A stretch of 64,000 nucleotides of DNA from a virus: IMG/VR virus record IMGVR_UViG_3300035208_005542. The stretch is one strand, 5' to 3'. Shown here one piece after another: positions 9,301 through 18,057 of the stretch. Each line of letters begins with the position of its first letter. The stretch's first letter is position 1. Position numbers and translations under genes: made by a program. The notes beneath the pieces are model-generated. The model did not search any database, was not told where the DNA came from, and saw only the letters and a program-made list of their open reading frames with translations.

Positions 9301-9894
9301 ATGCCTTTTTCTACTGTAGGAAAAAATTTGATGTTGAACGCATTGAAAGGGACCAACCCCACAACGCCGATAACGCATGTGGGGCTGTTCACCGCCGGAG
9401 CGGCCATAACGTCCGTCACGGGTGCTGAAGCAACCGACAAACTGACCAAAGCCAGCCACGGCCTTTCGAACGGCGATCTGGTTGTGCTGCGTTCATTGAC
9501 AGGCGGCACCGGGCTGGTCACCGAGTATCCCTATTATGTGGTGGGGGTGAACGGCGATGATTTCCAGTTGGCACAGATATCTGGCGGCACGGCTGTAGAT
9601 TTCACCACCGATATCACGTCGGTCTCTGTTGTGAAGCTGACCGAGGTCTCGGGCGGATCGCCTGCGTATGCCAGAGTGGCGATAGCGTTCGCTGCCGCCG
9701 CTGGCGGTGCGCTTGACGATTCCACCAACGGTGCGGAGCTGGATGTGCCTGCTTCGGGTGTGGTCGATTATGTAGGGTTTTTCTCCGCGTCGACCGCTGG
9801 CGAATTGCTGGCTGTGGACGACGTGACGCAGGAGACGTTCGGTGCACAGGGCAAATACACCGTGACCGATGCCAAGTTGAATCTGAACGGATAA
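9301..9894 (+). CDS. Virion structural protein (fibre/decoration-like)
   Basis: 197 aa, Gly/Thr/Ala-rich; THVGLFTA...EVSGGSPAYARVAI pattern of phage fibre-associated proteins; strong GGAGG RBS. Confidence 0.65.
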   Translation: MPFSTVGKNLMLNALKGTNPTTPITHVGLFTAGAAITSVTGAEATDKLTKASHGLSNGDLVVLRSLTGGTGLVTEYPYYVVGVNGDDFQLAQISGGTAVDFTTDITSVSVVKLTEVSGGSPAYARVAIAFAAAAGGALDDSTNGAELDVPASGVVDYVGFFSASTAGELLAVDDVTQETFGAQGKYTVTDAKLNLNG

Positions 9895-9908
9895 CGAATG
9901 AATAAGTG

Positions 9909-9966
9909 GATGGTCCAGATGAATCACAACGCCGCTTGGGGTGACCGTCTGGACCATCGTTTCTTT
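9909..9966 (+). terminator. Long hairpin; probable terminator or processing site
   Basis: GATGGTCCAGA/TCTGGACCATC 11-bp stem with inner TCAC/GTGA pairing, followed by GTTTCTTT. Confidence 0.6.
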
Positions 9967-9989
9967 GACGAATCGGAGAGGATTGGATA

Positions 9990-12900
9990 ATGGCCACCGT
10001 TGTTAAAAAAACAGTCAAAGCCTCTGGAGGTGACTACTCCTATATCAATGCGGCCATTGATTACTTCCAGGCTAACTATGCCAATTTCATCACTGCGGAC
10101 ATTATAGGAGAGATAGAAATATCAGGAGCCTGGGACGCCGATGATACCGTAGGTATAGACATTTCTGGTCTAACCACTGATGCTACTCGTTATCTGTATA
10201 TTCATGCTGTCGGCGATGCTAGGCATAACGGCAAGTGGAAAACTGACGCGCATATCTGTGGACGAGCAGCTGGCAATAACATCACCATCAACTCAGTGCA
10301 ATATCTAGTTCTTGAGGGTCTTCAGGTTAGACTCGTGGATGCAAACTCAGCAAGCGGTATCTCCGTTGCAGGAACATTCAACAGCGGTGACAATAAGATA
10401 GTCGTCAAGGACTGTCTTCTGAAAGGTCCTGGCACCGGCAACAACGCCTATTACGGACTCTACAATAAGATTGCCAATTGCAACGTTTATGCTATCAACA
10501 CAGCTATCTGGGGAGTTGGAAATGACGGAGTGAAAGACTCACGTTGCCTGTCCACCAACTATGCTGATACCACATATCTTTATAACTGCGTTATGATTGG
10601 CGGGAAATATGCTATTCGATGTGCAGGCGGGGCAACAGTTATCGCTAAAAATACTTATGCTGGAGGTTCATATACAGAGGACTTCAGCATGGGTTCCGGA
10701 ACGCTCACGAAGGTCAACTGCGCCTCCGAGGATCAATCTGCCGACGATACAGGTACAGGTGAAACAGAGAGTAATTGTCTCATTTCTGTTCCTTTGTCTA
10801 TAGACAATTTTGTCAATGTGACTGCAGGAAGCGAGGATTTCCATCTCGTGTCCGGATCAGATCTCATAGGCGCGGGCGTGGATGTGAGCGGAGAAACTTC
10901 TCCATTGGATGTACCATATGACATAGACGGAGATGCTCGTACTGCGGTTGGTCCTGATATCGGCATAGACGAATATATCGAGGCAGGCGGAGAGACCCAC
11001 AGCGGAACGGTGCTAGGCTCAGGAGCAGGAGTCCTGACTGTTTCCTGCAACAAAAATGGTTTGGGAAGCGTGGCAGAGCCAACAGCCGAAGCACACATAA
11101 TCGATGTTCAGGTGTCGGCAGGCGGAGACGACGGATATCGAGCGACAGGAAGCAATGGGTTCAATGCAGACGGAGATACAACGGCCTCGGGTTATAACTC
11201 CACAGCAAGTTGGTTACACGCCCATTCGTTTTTCAGATTCCTAGGAATAAGTATCCCAATTGATGCGGAGATTAAAGAGGCATATCTCCAGGTCTATTCT
11301 TATGCGTATCAGTCGGATTCCCCACAGCTCAAAATTTATGGAGTTGATGAGGAGAATCCCGCCGCTCCGACCTCCGCCGCAGAGTTTGATGCTGATCCGC
11401 TCACCGACGCCACTGTTGACTGGGATGACCCATGGAATCCAATTAATGCCTGGTACACATCGCCCTCGATAATTGCCATCGTTGAGGAGCTGTTAGCCTC
11501 GCATACGATTTCTAACTCTGCGCTGATGTTTCAGCTGAAGGATGACGGCTCGCCCGATCCCGCTTATAGCGATGCTCGAACATATGATTCCGATCCCGCC
11601 TATGCGGCGAAACTCCATATTGAATATACCACCCCATCAGGCGGTACAGGAATAGTAGAGGCAAGTGTAGAAAAGGATGCGCTGGCCGCAGGCCAATCTG
11701 AGGGCACAGGAACGCTGACATCGTTGGGCCAGAAATTTGGAGCCATTGCATCAGCCGTGACTGAAGTCGGAGATGTCGTTTCTCAGGCCAGCAAAAGCGT
11801 GAGCGATTTGACGGTCGTGGTGGGCGAGGAATCGGCCTTCTCCGAAACGGCGAAAAAGACCGCGCTGAACACATCTCAATCTGAAGGCAAGGGCCTGTCC
11901 TCTGCTGAAATCCGTAAGGACGCTATAGGGGAATCAGAATTATCGTTGCCGGGCGTGACCAGCGCAGAGGGCACCAAAGAAGCCGCACAGGGTTCAGAGG
12001 CCGAAGCTGTGGGCGGCGACGTGCTGTCTGGCCAGAAGGCCACAGCGCAGACATCTGAGGTTGTTGCTGCGGGAATGGAAAACTTGGGATGCCAGAAACA
12101 GGCTTTGGGGCAGGCGGCGTTGGCCGCTATTGGTGCTGAGATTCTCGCTAGCCGGAAGCAAGCTTCAGACATCGCCGACTTAAACGCTGCAGGATCTGAA
12201 GAATTATCAAGCCACAAAGAAGCCCTGTTGAGTGCTGAATCCGGGGCCTCTGGAGAATCAGAATCCGCAGGACAAAAAGGATCTTCGCTAAGTGCGGAAG
12301 CGACGGCTGCGGGAGCGGAGAGTTTAACAGGACAGAAAGAGTCCTCGTCTCCAGCCGTGATGTCTGCGATAGGGACTGATATTCTCGCCAGCCAGAAGCG
12401 GGCTTCTGCTGTCGCAGAAATGAGTGCCGAGGGAGAGGGAGGATCGAAAGGCCAGAAGGATGTGCTGCTGGGTGTGGCATCTGAGGCGTCTGGCGCATCG
12501 GAATCGGAAGGACAGAAGGAAGCACTCAAGAGTGCCGAAGCGTCCGCTGCGGGAACGGAAAACTTGGAAGGACACAAGGAGGCCTCCGGAGACATATTGG
12601 CCTTGGCCGCAGGAATAGGTACGTTGGGCTGCAGCAAAGCATCTTATGACTTGGCCGCTGTGATGGCCGCTGGAGAGGAAGTTCTGACGGGACGCAAGGC
12701 GGCCATGATGAGCGCGGCTGTGTTGGCGCAGAGCATCGAAGCTGTGGCAGGATTCAAGACCGCTTTCAGCTTATTGTTGCTCTCAGCAACAGGGAATCTG
12801 GAACTGCATGGGCGTAAGGATTCGTTTGATTTTGTCCTGCTGTCGGCAACGGGAGAAGTCCTGGCTGGTGGCACCACCGCAATACCCCATTATGCGCTGG

Positions 12901-13616
12901 CCACAGCTGTGGGACTGCAGACGGTGCTGGGCACCAAGAGCGCGTTTATCAATGCACAGGCCCTTGCTGAAGATCTGCTGATTACGCAGCACAGAAAGGC
13001 TTCTGGTTCCCTGGTGCAGATATCAGAGGCGGCTGCGCTGAATCTCCTGAGCTGTAAGGTGGGCCTGGATTCCGTTGCGGCCTCGGGTGCGGCCAGGGCG
13101 CAGATGATAGGGATGAAGGGAGCACAGGGACGGCCTGTTATGGATCTGGCCGGAGCGATGCTGGTGTACGGCATCAAGGCCAGCCAGGCGTCTTTGATAA
13201 TCCCGGCTGCGGAGATGCTGGCGGTGAGCGAGACGTGCGCCAGGTATGGCGTGTCACTGGTGGTGGCGCAGGGCACAGTATCGACCATAGGAGAGCGGGA
13301 CAAGCAGGTCTCGTATACCGTTTCGGTGACCAGCAAGGGGCAGATACTGCTCGCGGTGAAAAGGAGTTCGGGTGCGCCCACGGTCGTGACTGCTGTTGGA
13401 ACAGTAGGGGCGTTGGGTGGAGATTTTGTTCCTGTGGTGCTTCTGGGCAGTTCTAACATAGGCGACTTGGTTTTAGGATTGAGTGGGGCGCAGAAGACAT
13501 TATTGGGCAATTCTAATATAGGTGATTTAGTTTCAGGAACCAGCGATGCGCAGATAACCATCGTTGGAATTAGTACGGTTGGCCGAACGGTCAACGGTAA
13601 CAGCAGGAGGATTTAA
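9990..13616 (+). CDS. Large modular virion fibre protein: beta-helix-like N-domain, inserted beta-sandwich, long 20-aa repeat stalk
   Basis: 1208 aa; DFHLVSGSDLIGAG..DIDGDAR..DIGIDE motif; DNRLRE-like domain; Lys recurring every 20 residues in the C-half. Confidence 0.7.
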   Translation: MATVVKKTVKASGGDYSYINAAIDYFQANYANFITADIIGEIEISGAWDADDTVGIDISGLTTDATRYLYIHAVGDARHNGKWKTDAHICGRAAGNNITINSVQYLVLEGLQVRLVDANSASGISVAGTFNSGDNKIVVKDCLLKGPGTGNNAYYGLYNKIANCNVYAINTAIWGVGNDGVKDSRCLSTNYADTTYLYNCVMIGGKYAIRCAGGATVIAKNTYAGGSYTEDFSMGSGTLTKVNCASEDQSADDTGTGETESNCLISVPLSIDNFVNVTAGSEDFHLVSGSDLIGAGVDVSGETSPLDVPYDIDGDARTAVGPDIGIDEYIEAGGETHSGTVLGSGAGVLTVSCNKNGLGSVAEPTAEAHIIDVQVSAGGDDGYRATGSNGFNADGDTTASGYNSTASWLHAHSFFRFLGISIPIDAEIKEAYLQVYSYAYQSDSPQLKIYGVDEENPAAPTSAAEFDADPLTDATVDWDDPWNPINAWYTSPSIIAIVEELLASHTISNSALMFQLKDDGSPDPAYSDARTYDSDPAYAAKLHIEYTTPSGGTGIVEASVEKDALAAGQSEGTGTLTSLGQKFGAIASAVTEVGDVVSQASKSVSDLTVVVGEESAFSETAKKTALNTSQSEGKGLSSAEIRKDAIGESELSLPGVTSAEGTKEAAQGSEAEAVGGDVLSGQKATAQTSEVVAAGMENLGCQKQALGQAALAAIGAEILASRKQASDIADLNAAGSEELSSHKEALLSAESGASGESESAGQKGSSLSAEATAAGAESLTGQKESSSPAVMSAIGTDILASQKRASAVAEMSAEGEGGSKGQKDVLLGVASEASGASESEGQKEALKSAEASAAGTENLEGHKEASGDILALAAGIGTLGCSKASYDLAAVMAAGEEVLTGRKAAMMSAAVLAQSIEAVAGFKTAFSLLLLSATGNLELHGRKDSFDFVLLSATGEVLAGGTTAIPHYALATAVGLQTVLGTKSAFINAQALAEDLLITQHRKASGSLVQISEAAALNLLSCKVGLDSVAASGAARAQMIGMKGAQGRPVMDLAGAMLVYGIKASQASLIIPAAEMLAVSETCARYGVSLVVAQGTVSTIGERDKQVSYTVSVTSKGQILLAVKRSSGAPTVVTAVGTVGALGGDFVPVVLLGSSNIGDLVLGLSGAQKTLLGNSNIGDLVSGTSDAQITIVGISTVGRTVNGNSRRI

Positions 13617-13897
13617 TGACAGCCAACTACACGCCACGCGTTGGTGATATCGGCGTAGATATAAAAATTGACATGGCAGAGGATATCAGCCTCGCTACGG
13701 CTCTGAGTTTCGCTGTCATTAAGCCCGATGGCACGATCGCTACTTGGACAGCCACTTTGTCCGGCACCCAATACATGGTGCATCGCACCGTTGCTGGCGA
13801 TCTGTCGGTGGCCGGGATATACAGTGTGACCCCTATATTAACGTTGGGGCTATTTAATGGCAAGGGCCAACCGTTTGAATTTATAGTATATGGGTAG
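13616..13897 (+). CDS. Small structural protein, BppU N-terminal-like
   Basis: VGDIG...IKPDGT..TW.A...GDLSVAGIY pattern. Confidence 0.55.
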   Translation: MTANYTPRVGDIGVDIKIDMAEDISLATALSFAVIKPDGTIATWTATLSGTQYMVHRTVAGDLSVAGIYSVTPILTLGLFNGKGQPFEFIVYG

Positions 13898-13901
13898 GAA
13901 C

Positions 13902-14588
13902 ATGACAACAGAAGATCTTATAATCGAAGTTCGGACTGAAATGGGAAAAGTGGTGAATGTCGTCGATATCGCAGACATCGATATCGCACGCGAATTGATA
14001 CACATTCTGGAGAGAATAAACGAAGCAATCCCGACCACTAAAATGCGGTCATTCACATCTACTGCGGACATCGGGGAGTACGCGGCGAACAGTGCGACAT
14101 TGAGGGTCAGGGAAGTAATGTCAGGGGACGAAGTGGATGATGCGGAGCCCTTGGACCTTGGAAGCCATATCATCAACCAACCGCTGAATAACGCGGAGGG
14201 ATATAATTTCCCGTCCCTGTTATCAATCGAAGCGATGAGGCGCGTGAGAGGGATGCAGAAAATAAGGTTTTCGTATCATCCCATAGGAAAGAAGATCAAG
14301 ATCGATCCCACCCCTTCTGTAACGGGGAAAATTTATTGGTACACATCTGTGGAAAGCAATGAATGGACGCTGACCGCCCTGCCGACAGAATTCCAAGAAT
14401 TGGTTATAGCAGGCGTGACCTGGAAATGTCTGATGATCGCATTCCTTCGCAGATCGTCTGAGGGGGGGATATTGAGGGAAGGCGGAAGGGTCGAGTATCC
14501 TGCCTCTACTCTCCAGGTGTTCGCTGACAGCTACAAAGAACAATTCTTGTCCGCATTGGATACCAAGAGGCGTCTATATGAGGAATAG
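13902..14588 (+). CDS. Putative head-tail adaptor/neck protein
   Basis: Position and size; IKIDPTP and LPTEFQELVI adaptor-like segments. Confidence 0.55.
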   Translation: MTTEDLIIEVRTEMGKVVNVVDIADIDIARELIHILERINEAIPTTKMRSFTSTADIGEYAANSATLRVREVMSGDEVDDAEPLDLGSHIINQPLNNAEGYNFPSLLSIEAMRRVRGMQKIRFSYHPIGKKIKIDPTPSVTGKIYWYTSVESNEWTLTALPTEFQELVIAGVTWKCLMIAFLRRSSEGGILREGGRVEYPASTLQVFADSYKEQFLSALDTKRRLYEE

Positions 14589-14590
14589 CG

Positions 14591-15103
14591 ATGAATAAAC
14601 CTCTGATATACGTGGAATGGAGGGACTACGACAAGGCCGCAGACGCATTAATTCAATCCGTCCGCGCCAGGGTGGTCCCATTTGTGCTTTCCACTTTCCG
14701 ATCTTTTGCGGAAACCGGCTTGGAGATGGTGGAAGAGCGGACCCCGCTGACCAGACCGGGCCGGACGAATATAAGAAGCTTATGGAAGTTGGACGAGTTC
14801 TCTGTGACTCCCGAGGTGCAGAGCTTTGTGATACGGAATTTGTACAAGGATACTGGAAAAACAAACGTGATCTTGTGGTTCGAAGAAGGAACGCTTCCCC
14901 ACGATATTCCTGTTGGGAAGTTCGGATTTCTTCATTTTACGACATACGAAGGGGATGAAGTTTATACCAAGAAAACGGTCAAGCACCCGGGAACCAAAGC
15001 CCATCACATGGTCAGTTTGACACGGAAGGCGTTGGATGCCGCGTTAATGAGTTATGCGGAACAAACGGCAAAAAAAGTAGAACAGATGATCAGGGAGATA
15101 TGA
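14591..15103 (+). CDS. HK97 gp10-like neck/tail component
   Basis: ERTP..., FEEGT.PH.I and VKHPGTKA motifs. Confidence 0.7.
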   Translation: MNKPLIYVEWRDYDKAADALIQSVRARVVPFVLSTFRSFAETGLEMVEERTPLTRPGRTNIRSLWKLDEFSVTPEVQSFVIRNLYKDTGKTNVILWFEEGTLPHDIPVGKFGFLHFTTYEGDEVYTKKTVKHPGTKAHHMVSLTRKALDAALMSYAEQTAKKVEQMIREI

Positions 15104-15104
15104 T

Positions 15105-15536
15105 ATGGCATATTTTGGGTTAGGAACAAAAGCGACGATAATGGCGAATCTGGCGGCCCTGATCAAGCCGGGGATAACCGGGGTCGTTTTCGTTGATTAT
15201 CAGAGGGATTACGATACGGGGAGCGGCCCTGAAAAAACGCCTGGGGCGTTTATTAATGATTTATATGAGGAGAAGAATAGGCTTTTAAAGGATTTGGCCA
15301 AAAATACTCTTCAAGTCGGCATAGTTTGTTGGGTGAGAGCGGAGGAAGGCGAATCGTTATGGACCAAGCTGAACGCTTTCGTTCTTGCCATACAGGGGAA
15401 GATCGTTGCGGATCCGAATTTGTCCAGTCAAGCATATTATGCGAAGGTCACAAGGATTGCAACGGACGATGGAAGCCGACACCCTGTGGGTTTGGCGGTG
15501 ATCGCGGTGGAAATTTCATACTTTAGTGCAATATGA
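15105..15536 (+). CDS. Putative tail completion/terminator protein
   Basis: 143 aa, upstream of the tail tube; similar to the next ORF. Confidence 0.55.
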   Translation: MAYFGLGTKATIMANLAALIKPGITGVVFVDYQRDYDTGSGPEKTPGAFINDLYEEKNRLLKDLAKNTLQVGIVCWVRAEEGESLWTKLNAFVLAIQGKIVADPNLSSQAYYAKVTRIATDDGSRHPVGLAVIAVEISYFSAI

Positions 15537-15964
15537 CAACGCAAAATAGACGAGACGTTCTGGCGGGTTTGAAAACAGTATTGCAGGAAATAACGACCAT
15601 TAAAACGGTCGTGAGAACATATATGTCCATCGACTTGCTGAACTATTCGCAAGCGGATTTGCCGTTGGTGGAGATCAATGAGCCGGAAGAGACGCCGGAT
15701 CCGGAGATGACCAGTCAAAGGGAAATGATGGACATGAACCTTGCGCTCAAGTGCTGGTTCCTTAATTGGGGAGAGAATCCGACGGCTACTTATGAATCGT
15801 TGGTCAAGGCCATACGGGACAAGATAGGATCCAATTTTACCCTGTCTTGTGCGGCGATAGAATGTCAGGTTGGAAGCGTTTCGGGACTGGAAGGGGAGAT
15901 GCCTCTTTTTAGTTTTAAGATAACGCTGCGTATAAAATATTATTTGGATATGCTTTCGGCATAG
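15533..15964 (+). CDS. Putative tail completion/terminator protein
   Basis: 143 aa immediately upstream of the tail tube; DLPLVEI motif. Confidence 0.6.
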   Translation: MTTQNRRDVLAGLKTVLQEITTIKTVVRTYMSIDLLNYSQADLPLVEINEPEETPDPEMTSQREMMDMNLALKCWFLNWGENPTATYESLVKAIRDKIGSNFTLSCAAIECQVGSVSGLEGEMPLFSFKITLRIKYYLDMLSA

Positions 15965-15974
15965 GGAGAACGAA

Positions 15975-17138
15975 ATGACCTGTAGTAATGATTATGCGTT
16001 CGCTAATCAGGAACAGATATTTGTGATCGAAGAAGCGGTTTGCGGAACCCTTCAGAAACTGACTACTGCGAACAGGATATACACGGTTGGTCCTGTGGAT
16101 TTCTCACAGGAACGGGAACTTATCGAGGACTCGCAGATCCGGGCATCCGCATCGCAACTACCCGCGATCAAGGCCAGGTTGATGGTGGGCGAGTTTTCTT
16201 TCGAGACCTACGTCAAACCCAGTGGGTCTTTGGGTACAGCTCCGGAAACAGATGTTCTGTTCAAGGCCCTGATGGGCAAAAAGACCATTGATCCGGGGGT
16301 GAAGGTTGATTATGAGCTGACCGATCAGCTCATTTCCCTCACGATCTGGCTGAAAAAGGGCCATTCTGTTTTCGCCCTGAGGGGGGCGACGATAGAAAGC
16401 GCGGAATTCACGATAGCCGGGGATTCTGTCGCTTCGATCAAATGGTCCGGCAAATTTATGGAACGGCTGTGGGCCGGTGAGTGTGCAGCCAACGACACCT
16501 GCGGAGTGGGCAAGACTGAGATCGCCATGGTCGCTACTGGCGGTCTGAGGTTCACAAAGGGGATGTATGTCCAGGTCGGGACCGACGATAATACGGATGC
16601 CGGGTATGAACTGACGGATGTCAATTACACGACCAACAAGATCACGATCAGCCCTTCCTTGGTCACTAATCAGGGCACTAACCCCACGATCTATCCTTTC
16701 TGGCCGGTAAGCACTGCAGAAGTCGGGGAACCCGTCCACGGCAAGTTGGGTCTTGTGACCGTCGGGGGCAAGAGCGGGGTCATTACGACCAGCACCATCA
16801 CGCTGACCAACAACCTCAAATATTACGACAACGAGAAGAACGGGGTTTGGACGGCAGAGAATTTCGGCAGACCGGGCAAGCGCGGGGTCGAGGGATCGAT
16901 GACCGTTTATTTCCTGAAGGAAGGCCTCAGCTATTTCTATCGCGCAGATTACAAGATGAACGACGCTCTGATCCTTCCGGTCGGCAACGTGGCAGGGAAA
17001 ATAATGGAGATCAGTATTCCTTATGCGCAGTACAAGGCTCCCAAAATAACGGGGACCGAGGAGTTCATGCAGGAACTGTCTTTCTCCGGCGTGGCCTCTG
17101 CAAGCCTCAACGACGAGCTTAAGATAACATTTAAATAA
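15975..17138 (+). CDS. Major tail tube protein
   Basis: 387 aa; LFKALMG, ITLTNNL, R.VEGSMTVYF, ELKITF; precedes chaperone and tape measure. Confidence 0.8.
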   Translation: MTCSNDYAFANQEQIFVIEEAVCGTLQKLTTANRIYTVGPVDFSQERELIEDSQIRASASQLPAIKARLMVGEFSFETYVKPSGSLGTAPETDVLFKALMGKKTIDPGVKVDYELTDQLISLTIWLKKGHSVFALRGATIESAEFTIAGDSVASIKWSGKFMERLWAGECAANDTCGVGKTEIAMVATGGLRFTKGMYVQVGTDDNTDAGYELTDVNYTTNKITISPSLVTNQGTNPTIYPFWPVSTAEVGEPVHGKLGLVTVGGKSGVITTSTITLTNNLKYYDNEKNGVWTAENFGRPGKRGVEGSMTVYFLKEGLSYFYRADYKMNDALILPVGNVAGKIMEISIPYAQYKAPKITGTEEFMQELSFSGVASASLNDELKITFK

Positions 17139-17145
17139 ATATGAG

Positions 17146-17174
17146 GGGGAGGCGCACACTGCGCCTCCCCTATT
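17146..17174 (+). terminator. GC hairpin after tail tube gene (weak U-tract)
   Basis: GGGGAGGCGCA-CAC-TGCGCCTCCCC, 11-bp stem. Confidence 0.65.
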
Positions 17175-17189
17175 CCTAGGAGGAATTTA

Positions 17190-17660
17190 ATGGGTGAATT
17201 TTCCAAGGCTGCTCTGATAGCGGCAATCGAGAAGGCGGGGACGAAGGAAAAGATCGTCGAGTTTGAATACCCGTATTTGGATGGTCTTTATTTCGAGATC
17301 GCTTTCGCGTCCAAACAGGTTCTGAAGCGGATAACCGATGAGTCGAAGGAAAACTTCTTCAACCATCGAACGAGACAGCAGGAAGACAGGATCAATGACA
17401 AGAAGTTCGGCAGGGCATCCAGCCGTGAACTGCTGAAAGGTTGGCGGGGTCTGACTGTGGAGAAACTGCGGGTGATGTTCCCTACCCTTGAGTTCGAGGG
17501 CGAAGAAGGGGCGGAAGTTTCTTATGATCAGGACCTGGCCTATATTCTGCTTGACAATTCGATGGAACTTCAGAACTGGGTCGTCAACGTGGCTCAGACA
17601 ATCAGCAATTTTGCGAAAGTGGCAGAGAAGAAAGCGGAGCAGCTCGAAAATTTAGGTTAG
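17190..17660 (+). CDS. Tail assembly chaperone (gpG-like)
   Basis: 156 aa between tube and tape measure; LLKGWRGL; slippery site just before the stop. Confidence 0.8.
   Translation: MGEFSKAALIAAIEKAGTKEKIVEFEYPYLDGLYFEIAFASKQVLKRITDESKENFFNHRTRQQEDRINDKKFGRASSRELLKGWRGLTVEKLRVMFPTLEFEGEEGAEVSYDQDLAYILLDNSMELQNWVVNVAQTISNFAKVAEKKAEQLENLG
17648..17654 (+). promoter_or_regulatory. Programmed -1 ribosomal frameshift site A AAT TTA
   Basis: X XXY YYZ heptamer in the chaperone frame; the -1 frame is open to 18031. Confidence 0.82.
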
Positions 17661-18031
17661 TTGCGGTTTGGCAGGCAAAGGATGCGAGGACCAAGAAGAA
17701 TTGCGAAACATGCAAACAGCTATTGTCGACAGCATCCTATGTTGCCGGAGCACAGGTTAGTATTGACGGGCTTGGCGATTGCGAAAATTGCGAAGTCGCC
17801 AAATCGCAACCATCAGAAGACAACGAGATCGTCTTTGAAGTTTACGACCGATTGCCAAAAAGCTACGACGGTTGGTCTGGAAATCAACTGATAACCGTTG
17901 CTGATATCACCGGCGTCCTGAAGCTGATGCTGGTGCCGGAAGATCAGTGGGACGGGATTTATAATCGGTTGATATTTTTTCAGAGAGAGATAATTGAGGC
18001 AAGGATGGAGAATAAAAATGGCCGGGGTTGA
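17654..18031 (+). CDS. Frameshift extension of tail chaperone (gpGT-like)
   Basis: -1 frame reads RLVAVWQAKDARTKKNCETCKQLLSTASY..., continuous with ORF 17723..18031. Confidence 0.78.
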   Translation, partial: RLVAVWQAKDARTKKNCETCKQLLSTASYVAGAQVSIDGLGDCENCEVAKSQPSEDNEIVFEVYDRLPKSYDGWSGNQLITVADITGVLKLMLVPEDQWDGIYNRLIFFQREIIEARMENKNGRG

Positions 18032-18057
18032 AAGCTCCGGCTGTTTTTTAAACTAAC

